A stretch of 64,000 bases of DNA, taken from assembly GCF_006345805.1 (NCBI RefSeq), contig NC_043001.1, positions 21,514,001 through 21,578,000 on the forward strand, in the 5' to 3' direction. Made by a program: the position numbers and the translations under genes. The notes below the pieces were generated by a model. The model had not been told where the DNA came from. It did not search any database and was given only the letters and a program-made list of their open reading frames with translations. Below, in pieces: positions 24,876 to 37,992 of the stretch; positions within the stretch are counted from its first letter, which is position 1; each line of letters begins with the position of its first letter. The DNA is from Octopus sinensis. Its lineage: Eukaryota.

Positions 24876-25291
24876 GGCGGCGAGCTGGCAGAAACGTTAG
24901 CACGCCGGGAGAAATACTTAGCGGTATTTCGTCTGCGTTACGTTGTGAGTTCAAATTCCGCCGAGGTCGACTTTGCCTTTCATCCTTTCGGGGTCGATAA
25001 ATTAAGTACCAGTTACGCACTGGGGTCGATGTAATCGACTTAATACCTATGTCTGTCCTTGTTTGTCCCCTCTGTGTTTAGCCCCTTGTGGGTAATAAAG
25101 AAATAGGTATTTCGTCTGCAGCTACGTTCTGAGTTCAAATTCCGCCGAGGTCGACTTTGCCTTTCATCCTTTCGGGGTCGATTAAATAAGTACCAGTTAC
25201 GCACTAGGGTCGATGTAATCGACGTAATCCCTTTGTCTGTCCTTGTTTGTCTCCTCTATGTTTAGCCCCTTGTGGGCAATAAAGAAATAAG
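24876..25291 (+). mobile_element. SINE family A dimer with Tx1-like tails
   Basis: Direct repeat ATTTCGACTTATAG at 24817-24830 and 25292-25305. Confidence 0.88.
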
Positions 25292-25608
25292 ATTTCGACT
25301 TATAGATCATGGTAAATTGTGATATGGCTATTGTTCACAACAGAATATGTGCAACATGCGGAAAGGTTTGCCTTTCAGTTGGAGGAATGAAAAGGCTGTC
25401 AAAAGAGTTCATACTGTGACACCTGTGTTTTTTTTTCTGTCAGCCAGCACTGTTGTGTATGTAATAGAATGTACAAAACTTTCGCCCGGCTCAAGAGTCA
25501 TACAAGGGCCTCACATTACATCAACATTGACTCATTTTAATGATACTTTCCAGCAATGGCTTTGCTCGTATACGAGAAAGCAGCTAAGATATATATACGT
25601 ATGTATAA

Positions 25609-25838
25609 GGCGGCGCGCTGGCAGAAACGTTAACACGCCGGGCGAAATGAGTAGCCGTATTTCGTCTGCCGTTACGTTCTGAGTTCAAATTCCGCCGAGG
25701 TCGACTTTGCCGTTCATCCTTTCGGGATCGATAAATTAAGTACCATTTACGCACTGGGGTCGATGTAATCGACTTAATCCGTTTGTCTGTCCTTGTTTGT
25801 CCGCTCTATGTTTAGCCCCTTGTGGCTAGTAAAGAAAT
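25609..25838 (+). mobile_element. SINE family A monomer with tail
   Basis: Head GGCGGCGCGCTGGCAG, tail TGTGGCTAGTAAAGAAAT; degenerate TATATACGTA flanks. Confidence 0.85.
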
Positions 25839-26350
25839 GTATATACGTAAGTATGTGTATATTATTATTTAAAACAATGAGTTCTACTATTTCATTTCGT
25901 CTGGGGATGCGTCAGGTCTATGATGTGTCCTCGGGCAGAACAAAATGTATTTTCTTGAACTCGTCTTTTTATGAAATATTAACGTACATAAGACCAAACA
26001 CTTTGAATTTTTTTTATTATTAGTGGCCTAACCGTGTTTATATGGATAGATAACCTCATGGTTTGCCTGTATTTTTAAATATGTTTATTCGAAGCATATT
26101 AAACGGATATTGAAAGAATATATATTTTTTAATGTTGGGTTTTATGAGAGAGATGGGTTCTGACTGACGTTCTCGCCCAAGATACGATGCATGGCTGCAG
26201 CGCCCCATTGACTCCCAAGAGATTAAGGGACTTGTCTTCGTCAAGTTTTTAACTATCTTTGGGTTAAGCAGAGGCGAATTAGCACAAACGATAGCGAATT
26301 TAAACAGCAGAGCACTGCCATATTTAGCTTCATTCTTCTATGTTCGAGTG

Positions 26351-26620
26351 ATGGCGTGTGGCATAGTGGTTCGGATATACGGCTCACGATTGTAAAGTCT
26401 AGAGTTCGATTGAGCAAGACAGTTATTTCCCGTTGATCTATTCCATTCAACTGGCAAAAATGGGTAGTGCTTGTACTTGAAAGACCCAACCTTGTTACAT
26501 TCTGTGTCACGCTGAATCTCCCTGAGAACTCCGTTAAGAGTACGCACATCTGTAGAGTGCTCAGCCACTTGCGCGTTTAATTTCATGAGCAGGCTATTCC
26601 GTTGATCGGATCAACATCTG
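26351..26620 (+). mobile_element. SINE family C
   Basis: tRNA-like head; 3' region (CTGTGTCACGCTGAAT..GAGCAGGCT.TTCCGTTGATCGGATCAAC) shared with 54160-54430 and 63400-63787. Confidence 0.7.
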
Positions 26621-26849
26621 ATAAACATCTTGCGGTATTTAGTTTCATTTCTTCACACTCTGAGTTCAAGTCTCACCTGAAATGACTGCTCTAATCGACA
26701 AAATAAAAGAATAACAATGATATATATACTGGAATCGATTCAACTGACTAACCCATCTTCTTAAAATGTGACCTTCAACCTATTTGAAAAAAAAATGAAC
26801 GTATGGAAATCATTATATAATAACAGCCGATATAAATTTTGGTTGGTTG

Positions 26850-26896
<47 letters not shown>

Positions 26897-26900
<4 letters not shown>

Positions 26901-27330
26901 AGTTTACGAAAATAACAAAAGACGAAGATAGGTGGTGTACAAAACAAACAGATGTATTAGTATAACGCTCAGGAATAGAAAAAGTCTTTTACGTTTCGAG
27001 CCTACGCTCTTCTACAGAAAGGGACACAGAAAAAAAAAAAAACAAGGAGAGAAAAAAATAAAATACAAAATGGGACAAGAACGCAAAACATCCAGACAAC
27101 TAAGTAATACAAAAGGGGCAACAAAACATCCAGATAGACGATACAAAAAAAACAAGGACGGGTCATTCGAAGACTTTTATCTTCAGTCAAGAACCGGATC
27201 ATCCTCGCGATTTCGGCTGATTAATCTTGAGATTGCTCCAATCTGGCCAGCCCCAAGGAAAAACTAAGCCAAGAGCTTTAGATTCCTTGGAAAAAAAAGC
27301 ATCGAATGTATACGAAAACAAGGACGGAAA
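26897..27330 (-). mobile_element. PLE-like termini with short hammerhead motif (26986-27021)
   Basis: CUUU-CUGUAGA-A-GAGC gtag GCUC-GAA-ACGU-A/AAAG; 3' end abuts G-run/(GA)n/(TA)n. Confidence 0.65.
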
Positions 27331-27363
27331 AACATATATATTGCAGTCACGCTTTACATCGTG

Positions 27364-27400
<37 letters not shown>

Positions 27401-27974
27401 AAAGAATGGGGGAGAGAGAATAAAAGAGAGATACAATGAGAGTTAGCATAAGAAGTTGAAGTCAATTGAGAAATATTGTCAGTGACAAGCAATGGTAAGG
27501 GGATGATTAAGATCATCAAAACTACTTAGTCGTTAGAAGTCAGATGGACGACACAGGTTTAGTCACACACATACGCCCGCATGCGCACATCACACACACG
27601 TGATTACAGTTGAAGTAAAAGAATAAATTTGACCAGCACCTAGTAGGAAGAGTAACTAGTAAGAATTAGTAACTTTACATAGTCACACACACACACGCAC
27701 ACACATATTGTGACTGTTTAGCTATGGAAACAATGGTATTTTTCTAAAATCACTTGTCATGTGATGATTACCCATAATTCAACTGAAAATGTTAAAACTA
27801 TTTTTAAACGGAAAACTAGATCAATGTTACGTAATATCACGACAAGATAATATGAAAATCCAGTTTCCAGTTATGGAGTCCTGCACAGATCTAGAGAAAG
27901 TGTCCGGAAGTATTCTAAAATTGCTTATTTTATATATGTATCCGAAAGATTTTGATTGATATTCTTTAGTCCAG

Positions 27975-28529
27975 AAAGTCGTCCAGAAAGTTCGTGCCGA
28001 TTTATAGCAGCTTACCTTTCGACTTATTTTAGAACATGTTTGAGTTCATAAAATAGGATTTGACTACTCTTCCATTTAGAGCACAGTTTAAGCTATCTTT
28101 TCGTGGAAGAAGATTTATGTTCCTATAACCTGTGTTAATTCTGTAACCCTTTAAAGTGGAAGATAAGAAAGTTCATTTTCAGCACTTGATGCTTTGGGAA
28201 CCAGACAAAAATTGCTGCTGCTCGGCTGGGATGTGTTACCCCACCCTCCATATTCGTGAATATGGAGGGTGGGATAACACATTTCTGCAGAATAGTCTTA
28301 ATGGTAAAAAATTCAATTCCTTGGATGACGTAAAAAGATACCTTGGTGAATTCTTTGCCATGAAACCACCTCAATTCTGGGAAGAGGGTATTTTCAAGTT
28401 AAAGGAAAGATGGAGACGCATTGTGCAACAAAATGGTTCATATTTGGTTGATTAAAAATGTAATGGCAAGTATTTATTGACCTTTTTCTTTCCTTTAAAA
28501 ATCGGCACAAACTTTCGGACAACCCAATA
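27975..28529 (+). mobile_element. Internally deleted mariner (Tc1/mariner) element
   Basis: LGWDVLPHPPY and QNSLNGKKFNSLDDVKRYLGEFFAMKPPQFWEEGIFKLKERWRRIVQQNGSY; TIR remnants at 27981-28003 and 28499-28529. Confidence 0.88.
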
Positions 28530-29901
28530 TTTAACAAAGAATATATTTAATTCTTTTTTGTCCATGTTCAGTCCACTGCAGAACGAAGGCCTCAGCATGT
28601 TCTCTCCACCAACCAATTTGGGGGCCGCTAATTTGAGTTTAAGATCATACTGGTTTGAAGAGCCTACCCGACACTCTGGCTCGACATGGCTTGGCAGAGA
28701 AATACAGTTTTGTTTTATACTCATAGCCAGGAATATAGTTAAGTCGATTACATCGACCCCCGTATTCAACTGGTACTTATTTTATCGACCTCGAAAGGAT
28801 GAAAGGCAAAGTCGACCTTGGCGGAGTAAATATATATATACATACATAGAAAAATCGATATTGCCATATTCGACATACTAATGTTTTTACACGCCGATAT
28901 TCACATTATCTTATTAAGTCTATTCATCAAATTCCCTTTTTGTAATTATAATACTGTGAGCGATAATTGGTTGTATTTGAAAATTTTTAAATTCTGTTTC
29001 GACGGAATAAAAATCTCAGTAGCCATTCTTTCTCTGACCATCAATTTCGTTTAAATGGCCAAGTATTTTATAATTTTATAAAATCACCATGTCGACCATT
29101 GCTATGCTACATTCCACCATGACGCTTGGTTGACACTTAGGATTGTTTGTTTTAACGCGCGTTCTTCTTGGCTATTCATCACAGATGTTGCGTACACATA
29201 CATGAAAACGTATCGCACCTCCAGTCGGACTCCAGACATGAAATGAAAAATAATAATAAGACGTACAGAGCATTGACCTGAGGCTAAACGTTTTACATTT
29301 GTTTGTTTTTGCATTTGCATATGTTTAGCGCTTGTTCGTAATGAATGCGCAAAAAATAAATTAATCGGATCGTCAAATAACAGTTTTGAAACACAGAAAT
29401 TTTCAAATCTATTGACAGTCATATACAAGACACCTATCTGATATAGTGTCAAAAACGGTTCACTGTGAATTTGACATGGTGAAATTCATCGCCTGTATTT
29501 TCAACGCATACTAAGTACATTGCGATCCAATAAATAAATATTTCGTGAAATTCATCGTCATGCTTTTGATCCGCAGAGTAAATACATCGCTAAACATTAT
29601 CACACTGTGTTTAAGATTGTGTATAAGAGTGAATAAAATCAATGAAGTTTATATTTGCTGAGTAAATTTACGTCGCAATTTCATTGACAATGTAAATGAA
29701 ATTCGAAGACAAGCAAAAACAAATTTCATTCTACGATGTTTTATCTTTTATGTTAAAACTAATTTCAGTCATTGGACTGCAGTCACAGTGGGGTATCACC
29801 TTGAAGTATCTTAGTCGAACAGATCGACCCCAGTACCTAGTTTTAAAATTTCTGGTACTTATTCTAACAGTCTCTTTTGCCGAACCACTAAGTTATGTAT
29901 A

Positions 29902-29983
<82 letters not shown>

Positions 29984-29987
<4 letters not shown>

Positions 29988-30072
29988 AGTAAATATTCAA
30001 AAGCGAATATTTATAAAGATATTATATTGTTATTACTATCTACAGGTAGGCACTCCGTGTGCCCTTATGATA

Positions 30073-30120
<48 letters not shown>

Positions 30121-30242
30121 ATATATATTATATATATATATATACATATATATATCATAAGGGCACACGGAGTGCCTACCTGTAGATAGTAATAACAATA
30201 ATAATATCTTTATAAATATTCGCTTTTGAATATTTACTCCTT
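29984..30242. repeat. Inverted repeat (about 87-bp arms) with (TA)n spacer
   Basis: 29984-30070 versus 30155-30242, one 1-nt indel. Confidence 0.92.
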
Positions 30243-30255
30243 ATATATATATAAG

Positions 30256-30327
30256 GGGTTTTATAAGACGTCTGTAAAGTCAAGCGCTTCATGGACGCAA
30301 TACCCTGGGTAACCTTTTTGAACCGGC

Positions 30328-30426
<99 letters not shown>

Positions 30427-30433
30427 TATATAT

Positions 30434-30474
<41 letters not shown>

Positions 30475-30549
30475 GTGGCCGGTTCAAAAAGGTTACCCAG
30501 GGTATTGCGTCCATGAAGCGCTTGACTTTACAGACGTCTTATAAAACCC
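30256..30549. repeat. Inverted repeat (75-bp perfect arms) with (TA)n spacer
   Basis: 30256-30330 versus 30475-30549. Confidence 0.92.
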
Positions 30550-30744
30550 TAGGAGTCGGTGGCCTATAACATCTCTTCGAAGGCGCTTCGAAACCCTGGG
30601 TAACCCTATGAACCGGCCATAAATATCTTTATCTGAATACTCTACAGCTCTCGGATTTATGATTTACTGACGATACATACATACATACATGCATACATAT
30701 ATATATGTATATATATATATATTATATATATATATATTATATAT

Positions 30745-30786
<42 letters not shown>

Positions 30787-30789
30787 ATA

Positions 30790-32400
30790 TATAAGAAATT
30801 AAAAAGGGAAAATACGCACACTTACATAGTTTTAATATAATTTTTAATATATCGACCGGTTTCGCTATCGCTATTCATGATATTATGTTTTACTTATTTG
30901 AATATATATTTTTTCTTAAGAAGAAATTTGGTCCATGTTGTGTGTGATGAAATTAACGAGTGAATGACTTCACAAGTAGATAAATAAAGGGAGGTAATTG
31001 GTTGTCGTTATTCTTGTTATTGTAGTGGGTAAATCGCTCAGAGATTTATTATTGCTCTATTAATTTTTCTTTTTACCGTTTTATATATGATCCAACGACT
31101 ACAATCACGAATTTAAGTTTTCTAAGTTTTTATTTCAAAATTAAAATATTATTGTAACGGGTTTTGATGTAAGCAGAAAATTGATAACCTACAATGTTGC
31201 TTTATTACTAGTAAGCTGCTAAATTGTCGCTCACATCAAAACCGTCATTTTTACTGATCAAGCTTTGGTAATTGTTGAACAAATTATTTATTTGGTATGT
31301 CTCTTTCAAATTGCGGCAGAGAAGTTAAAACTGGGGTAAGGAAAATCGGCAGCAGATGCCATTATGCTGGAAGAACGTTATATATCCTGATAATAGTGTT
31401 ATTGGGCATTTATAAAATTTTTGTTGTCTAATTCTTGCAGCAACTTCAATTACTTCGATAAGATTAGAACAATGCGCTTTAGTGCAGGCTAACTGTTAAC
31501 ATGCCATACCAAGTACACATCTTAAATGGTTCTAGAAATAGCGAGAACTGTGGGTTGGGCGAATTACAGGGATTGGAAAAGCAGGAAATTTATTTATAAA
31601 TCGTATTTCCTATTTGTATGGTGTAGCAATATTTCAAATCCACAAGCATTCTTTATTTAACAATTAACTCTTGTACTAACACAGAAAGTAAGGAGCTACA
31701 TTCAAATTCGAATAATAAGTTTTAAAACGTTCAGATTTGATTTTTGGTACCGATATTCAAAGGAAGCATGAAAACGTTAATCAAATGCAATTATTAACGA
31801 ATCTATTAATTTTTTAAATATTCTGGAAGATTCAAACATGTATATCTGACTGCTGTTGTTTTAGTCATCGGAGAACATTTCTTCCCTTTAAACGATGTAT
31901 GTTCATAAGACGCGTGATTCATTGATGTAAGAGGACTTTAAGACGCTGCACTGTTTCGATCTTATTGTGTGCCTTCTCAGTCCAAGCTACCTCACCGAAC
32001 CAGTAAATCTGACAAGAGCATGAGCTCTTGTTTATAGGAATCAGCAAAGAAATTATTTGCTGATGGGTGTTGGTGTCAACCAAGCAGATAATAATTCATG
32101 AGGTGCATGTAAAACAATGCGAATCCAAACAATAATGTATCTATTCGTTCTTAATACGTTGTGGTAAATTCAAATGTGAATATTTGATCACTGTCTCTCT
32201 GACGAAAAACAGCAGTGTTGCTAACACAAACATTGTTGATGCAGTAGAAACTCAGACATTTCCCGTGGAAAAACTCCAATGAGCTGACGACTTATTTCAG
32301 TCTATCTATATTTAATGAAGAGTGGATTGATATTACTTGCTGGAAAGACATAGCCAAGATGTATGCGAAGGATCTTTAACATCACACACGATGCAAGTTT
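30790..32400 (-). mobile_element. Probable decayed PLE with degenerate hammerhead at 30850-30882
   Basis: Minus strand UAUC-AUGAAUA-GC gaua GC-GAA-ACCGGU-C/GAUA, then 3' end into (TA)n; body and extent not confidently determined. Confidence 0.35.
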
Positions 32401-32407
32401 ATCAGTA

Positions 32408-32803
32408 ACTAGCTGTATCGCCCGGCGTTGCCCGGGTTTGTTTCAATCCCTTTAGAATTGGAATTTTTGAAAAGTAAAAATTTTTGCATTATGTAGCTTG
32501 TTATTCTCTTTAAGTGAACATTTTTCTGGTTGAAATGCACCGAAAAATGGCGACACAACAGTAAAAAAATCATAAAAAATAGGGATTTTCATAGAAAAAA
32601 AAGCACCTTTTTGATGTAAATAAGTTTTGGTGTTAACATGGTCCGATTTGAATTTTTTCTTCTACGGAAGGAAGAGCAAGCCTTCTTCTATCATACTCTC
32701 AATTTTGGTCAACTTGCACCGCAGGGTTTCAGAGGAGATACTGTTAGTTGAAAGCTACCAAACCTGCCATACACAGACAACTTCAGCTTTATATATATAG
32801 AGA
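32408..32803 (+). mobile_element. Non-autonomous Helitron-like element
   Basis: ACTAG..CGCCCGGCGTTGCCCGGG start; ACACAGAC..TTTATATATATAG end. Confidence 0.6.
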
Positions 32804-32904
32804 TGTCATCAAAATGTGTTTTCAGTTTTTTTTAATCGTTCAGCGTTGAGAGTTAGGCTAAAACTAGCAGTCTTTCATTATTTAGCTCATTAAATCTTTC
32901 AAAT

Positions 32905-33308
32905 ATTCTTTTACTTGTTTCAGTCATTTGACTCTGGCCATGCTGGAGCACCGCCTTGAAGGGTCTTTAGTCGAACAAGTCGGCCCCAGGACTTATTTTT
33001 TAAAACCTAGTACTTATTCTATTGGTCTCGGTTGCCGAACTGCTACGCTACGGGGACATAAACACACCAACGCCGGTTGACAAGCTGTGATGGGGGACAA
33101 ACACAAACACAAAGACACACACACATAGATATTTACATATCTATGCGACGGGCTTCTTTCAGTTTCCGCCTATCAAATCCACTCACAAAGCTATGGTCGC
33201 CCGAGACTATAGTAAAAGACTCTTGCCCAAGGAATCACGCTGTGAGACTGAACCTGGAACCATGTGGTTGGGAAGCAAGCTTCTTACTATACAGGCACAC
33301 CTGCGCCT
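32905..33308 (-). mobile_element. SINE family B
   Basis: Homology to other copies. Confidence 0.8.
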
Positions 33309-33499
33309 GATAAATATGATAAAATCAGTCTCACCTTGCTGAAAGATTGCTCACTACTGACAATTAAAATACAATAGCGTGCATTGCCTGAATAGTTGCT
33401 TTCAAATTTAGGAAAACTATTTCATCTCTATGGTGCATTGAGGAACTAAGTTCTGAATGCTTGAGTAAATTTTCAGAAACATCTCAGAACTTAAGATTT

Positions 33500-35600
33500 C
33501 TTCATAATTCTTAAATCCTCTTTATCAGTACAGCCCCAAAAAGACACAATGAATACTGTTGCATTCATTTAACGCAAATTCTAACCTTCTAACACCAAAA
33601 AGAAATCCAAAACTTTGAATCAAAATCAAGGAGACCGAAAATTAATTCTTCTATTTCGTTATACAAACGATCAATAGATTTTCTATTACGTTCAGTTCGT
33701 CTTTCACACCTTTTCGTATCCAAGCGTTTGTCATCTCTTTCTGGGTGCCTTTTTGCTTCACTTTTCCATTCATCACAATCTCAACCAAATTTCCCTTCTA
33801 GTGGTTCACAAGTCAACGACTCTCAACATCTTAAAAAATAATATTGAAGGGTATTCATATCATAAGCAGTTTCATAAAATTCATGGTTATGCGCTTGAAA
33901 CCGTCTTTGAAAAGGGTAGAAAAATTCTTTTACAAAATTCAAGTGAAACCAAGAAATTAAAAGTCAAAATTTAGTGAATGTTAGGAAATGGTTGTAAAGA
34001 GGTTTTATGCTCTCAACATGTTTATTCTAGAAGTGGAAGTAACATTTTGCGTTTGTTATTTATATCAAACAATTTGTGAATTGTCAGTCGATCTTCGTAA
34101 GAACAAGAAAAATAGATTTGATCACTGCAAAAAACTCGGACGGCTTAGCACTCATGAAAGGGCACTGTTTCACCCAATGAAAGAAAGTGGAAATAAATTG
34201 TTTTAGAAACTAGAATCATCATTAACAGAGAGCTTCGAGCTCTAATTGCATCAGGAAAAAAATTAGCGTTACGTATTGGCATTAACTGTTTTCAGTTCAA
34301 TTCACTTGATTTAGTCATTCTTTTTCTGCACATTTTACCGTTGGCAAAAGCTGAACGACACCACAAAAATTGTTGTCAAATCTGAATTCGAACCTCAATG
34401 GGGTTTGCAGAATAGAGACTGTGAAGACAGCTGCTCATGGATATTCTAATATCACAGTGAAACGTTTGCAAAACATGACTGATGTTCAAAATAAAAATGT
34501 TGATACCAGAGGTGATGTTAAAACAAACGGTTGACTGCTCACGCTTCAACCAAATTAAAGAATAGTGTATAGTTTATAGAAATAGCTTTGCAACTGTTTG
34601 CATCTGTTGAAGAACGCATTCATAACCAGTAATAGACGTAGTATAGTCACAGCTTTAAAATCTTCTAACGACATGTTTACAAGTTATTCCAAAATTACTT
34701 CCACGAACGTTTTAGCAACCTTACGTTTTAACTGGATAAATCCAAGACAAGACGCTTTTACAAAAATTATTTCCCCATTAAAATCAATATCAACGTAATG
34801 AGCAATTTCTTCCGTTTCCTCTAGATGTCTTTGATGTGGAGTAGATTCAATCATGAAAATAAAATAGTTGGCCTTATAAAATTATATGCAATTTCTGACG
34901 AACAATAGAAACAATCAACCTGAATATACTCATTCTGCACTAAGGGATATTCCTCCAGGGTTCTCTTCAATATTTTGGAAATCTTTCATGGCAAAATAAC
35001 GGTTTGGAAAGCAATTCTGGAGATTTTCTAGTGTTATTAAAACACTAACACAACATTTCAAAAATTACTTCCCTCTACCTGTCTGTGAGATTCCTTGTGA
35101 CCACACAATGTAAGGTTTAAAGTTCCTAGCAAAATATTATACACTGGAAAATTCTATGGAGAACAGCTCGTTAATTTTCGCTTTTCTGTTGCAATTTGAG
35201 CTTAAAGCTCTTTGTTAATAGTTACTCTGTTTTCTAAAACGGTTTCTTTCCACTTCCTTTCATTGAGTGAAGTAGCACACTTCCATGGGTGCCGAGCCAT
35301 TCTAGTGCTTTGCGATGATCGAATCTATATTCTTGTTCTTATGAAAACTGACTGATAATTCATGAACATATCAAACAACAAAAGCGAAAGCTACTCCCTC
35401 CTTCAGACAATAAACAGGCCGGAAGCATAAAACTTCTTCAGTTATTTCCAAAGATTCATTAAATTCGTCTTCCATTCATTGATCGGAGACAATGGCCCTT
35501 TATTATTTCGAAAATACTTCGAACCCAATATAAACAATTTTAGCAGATGTCTGCGGGGCATCTGATAAAATTACATTTTTCTTTTATATATTTTACCAAA
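33500..35600 (-). pseudogene. Decayed hAT-type transposase
   Basis: Minus-strand remnants MIESTPH..HYVDIDFNGE..CLGFIQL..VEVILE and INKEL*AQIATEK..LCGHKES resemble hAT/ZMYM1-like transposase blocks (DSTPD..RYVD..FLGF; LALRGH); many stops, ends approximate. Confidence 0.6.
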
Positions 35601-36128
35601 CATCAAGAAACCTACATTGTGATAATGAATATCCCAACATATGTGATATACAAACAATTCTAGCAGTTACAAGAAATTGCTCGGTAATTTTGGAAACTAA
35701 GATTGTTGAGAGTTTATTGGGAAACCACAAACCACAACTTATTTTGAAACAGTATTTTTTCTGAATTTTTTTAATTGCGTTGGTGTAAAGTTCACATGAT
35801 TAGTATTGAAGGTGCAGTCTTAACAAAGAAAATCTTTTAAAAAAAACTATATTCTTTGTTAGTCACGTGATACGTCTTCTACTTCAAACGTTGCTATATC
35901 TTATCTTCACGTTAAGAAGCAAACAACTTTAACTATGGAACGAAATCGAAGATATAATCAATCTATATTATTCTGCTACAGGACACTTGCGTTGGTAAAG
36001 TTTTAACAAATTTTAATATGTTGTAGTACTTATGTATTTCCAGATCAGAGAAAATACATATGATTGAACTTGTACACACGGACCCTGAGAACAAAGTACA
36101 GTGACAGTTCACATATATATATATATAT

Positions 36129-36340
36129 AAGGTTAATCCAAACGGGAAAACAGAAAAAACAACAACACGTGGAACAATTACAGTATTATTATTATTAGGC
36201 GCTCAGGAAAATGGAAGAAGGAGGGTATGACGTTTCGAGCGGAGCTCTTCGTCGGAAACATAGGAGAAAGAAAGATCCCGAGACGGGAGGACAGAGGAAA
36301 AAAAAATTGCAGGTAGTCTTCACGAGGTCACATACTGAAA
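36129..36340 (-). mobile_element. PLE-like terminus with hammerhead-like motif (36225-36260)
   Basis: CCGACGA-A-GAGC ucc GCUC-GAA-ACGU-C; same family as 20190-20432. Confidence 0.65.
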
Positions 36341-36341
36341 A

Positions 36342-36385
<44 letters not shown>

Positions 36386-36505
36386 GAGGGTACTATTATT
36401 CATAGATACCGCACGCTAGGAGGGACCCTTGCGGTCAAAACTACTAAAATAAACAAATTGTACCGAATGCAAAACTTCAAAGCAAATCATTTAAAAATAG
36501 AATTA

Positions 36506-36569
36506 GTTACATATCACCTGTGATTTCGCAATTAATGCAGAATATGCATTCTATGCTCATCAGTGCAAC
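36506..36569 (-). ncRNA. Canonical type-I hammerhead ribozyme, copy 1
   Basis: GUUGCA-CUGAUGA-GCA..UGC-GAA-AUCAC ag GUGAU-A/UGUAAC. Confidence 0.8.
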
Positions 36570-36634
36570 AAACTCAAGACATATAAGAAAAAACACAACA
36601 TTACAAAACCGACAGCCAACCGTAGAATATATAT

Positions 36635-36677
<43 letters not shown>

Positions 36678-36798
36678 GAGGGTACTATTATTCATAGATA
36701 CCGCACGCTAGGAGGGACCCTTGCGGTCAAAACTACTAAAATAAACAAATTGTACCGAATGCAAAACTTCAAAGCAAATCATTTAAAAATAGAATTTA

Positions 36799-36862
36799 GT
36801 TACATATCACCTGTGATTTCGCAATTAATGCAGAATATGCATTCTATGCTCATCAGTGCAAC
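36799..36862 (-). ncRNA. Canonical type-I hammerhead ribozyme, copy 2
   Basis: Identical to copy 1, 293 nt away. Confidence 0.8.
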
Positions 36863-36945
36863 AAACTCAAGACATATAAGAAAAAACACAACATTACAAA
36901 ACCGACAGCCAACCGTAGAATATATATATATATATATATATATAT

Positions 36946-37160
36946 AATTGATAAAAGAAAACGGAGAAAAAAGACAACAAGAAAAAACAACAACGCGAGG
37001 ACGTGGTACATGCAAAGTATTAATAAGACAGCCGGGGAAGGAAAGAAAGGGTGTTTTACGTTTCGAGCAAGGCTCTTCTTCAAAAACAAGAGACAGAGGA
37101 AAGTCCAAAAGAAAAGGAAGACGGACGAAAAAAAATCGCCAACAATCCACATGTAGTTAC
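36946..37160 (-). mobile_element. PLE-like terminus with hammerhead-like motif (37053-37087)
   Basis: GUUU-UUGAAGA-A-GAGC cuu GCUC-GAA-ACGU-A/AAAC (C3 changed to U); 3' end into (TA)n. Confidence 0.6.
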
Positions 37161-37164
37161 AATT

Positions 37165-37590
37165 GTCGGCGCCCACCATTTGTGTCCGAGTTTGTTTCAT
37201 CTGGTGCTTCCATGATGCCTAAACCTCACATGGGTCAGAAGGTCATGTCGGAAATGAAACAGTCTTGGTCATTGCTCGCATGGCAGGGCAGACGGTGGTT
37301 TTGGCTGGAATTGTTGAACCTTTCCAGTGCCTTCTTTTTGCTTCTTCTTCAGCCTTTCTCCTCTCCTCAAAAGTGGAACAGCCGAAATGAATTGCTTTTC
37401 GCCGGGATGGCCGGTCGGCGGCTTTTGTTTTCCAGGTGTTAAGGCTTGCGCTGGCTTGAAGAAGGGAAGACTTCAGTTTGTCTTTGAATCTGCGTTTTGG
37501 AGTTCTTCGATGTCGTTTGCCATTGACGAGCTTGCTGTAGAGGATGGGAGTCTTGTTAGAGCAGCGAAGGTCGGATATAGTAACCTTTAG
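37165..37590 (-). mobile_element. RTE-clade LINE C-terminal fragment
   Basis: ILYSKLVNGKRHRRTPKRRFKDKLKSSL..W..KAADRPSRRKAI. Confidence 0.8.
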
Positions 37591-37600
37591 AAGGGACATA

Positions 37601-37992
37601 CAAGAGTGCCTAATAAATGATGTAGCAGTACCAGGAGATCAACACATCGTCATGAAAGGAAGAGAAAAAGTTGATAAATATGGAGACCTGAGAATTGAGA
37701 TCGCTAAGATGTGGCAGCTACGAGAGTCGAACATAAAGGTTATCCCTATTGTCATCGGAGCATTGGGTTCAATACCTCCACTCCCAATCTGGAAAACATC
37801 TGAAAACCTTAGAGATACCCTACAATCTAGATGTACTGCAAAAGTCGGCATTTCTTGGAACTGCACGCATATTGTGTAAAGTACTGTCTGTCTGAGATCC
37901 TTGTTGTGACTTGACAAACAGTACAAACCCCCGGTAGAAACAATATCTTCAATCAACAACCCCACGATATTGTATACTGTGCGACGTCTATC

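Larger units (their letters stand above)
36386..36920 (-). repeat. Tandem duplication of a 292-293-bp unit including a (TA)n spacer
   Basis: 36386-36627 versus 36678-36920, differing by one 1-nt indel outside the TA tract. Confidence 0.92.
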
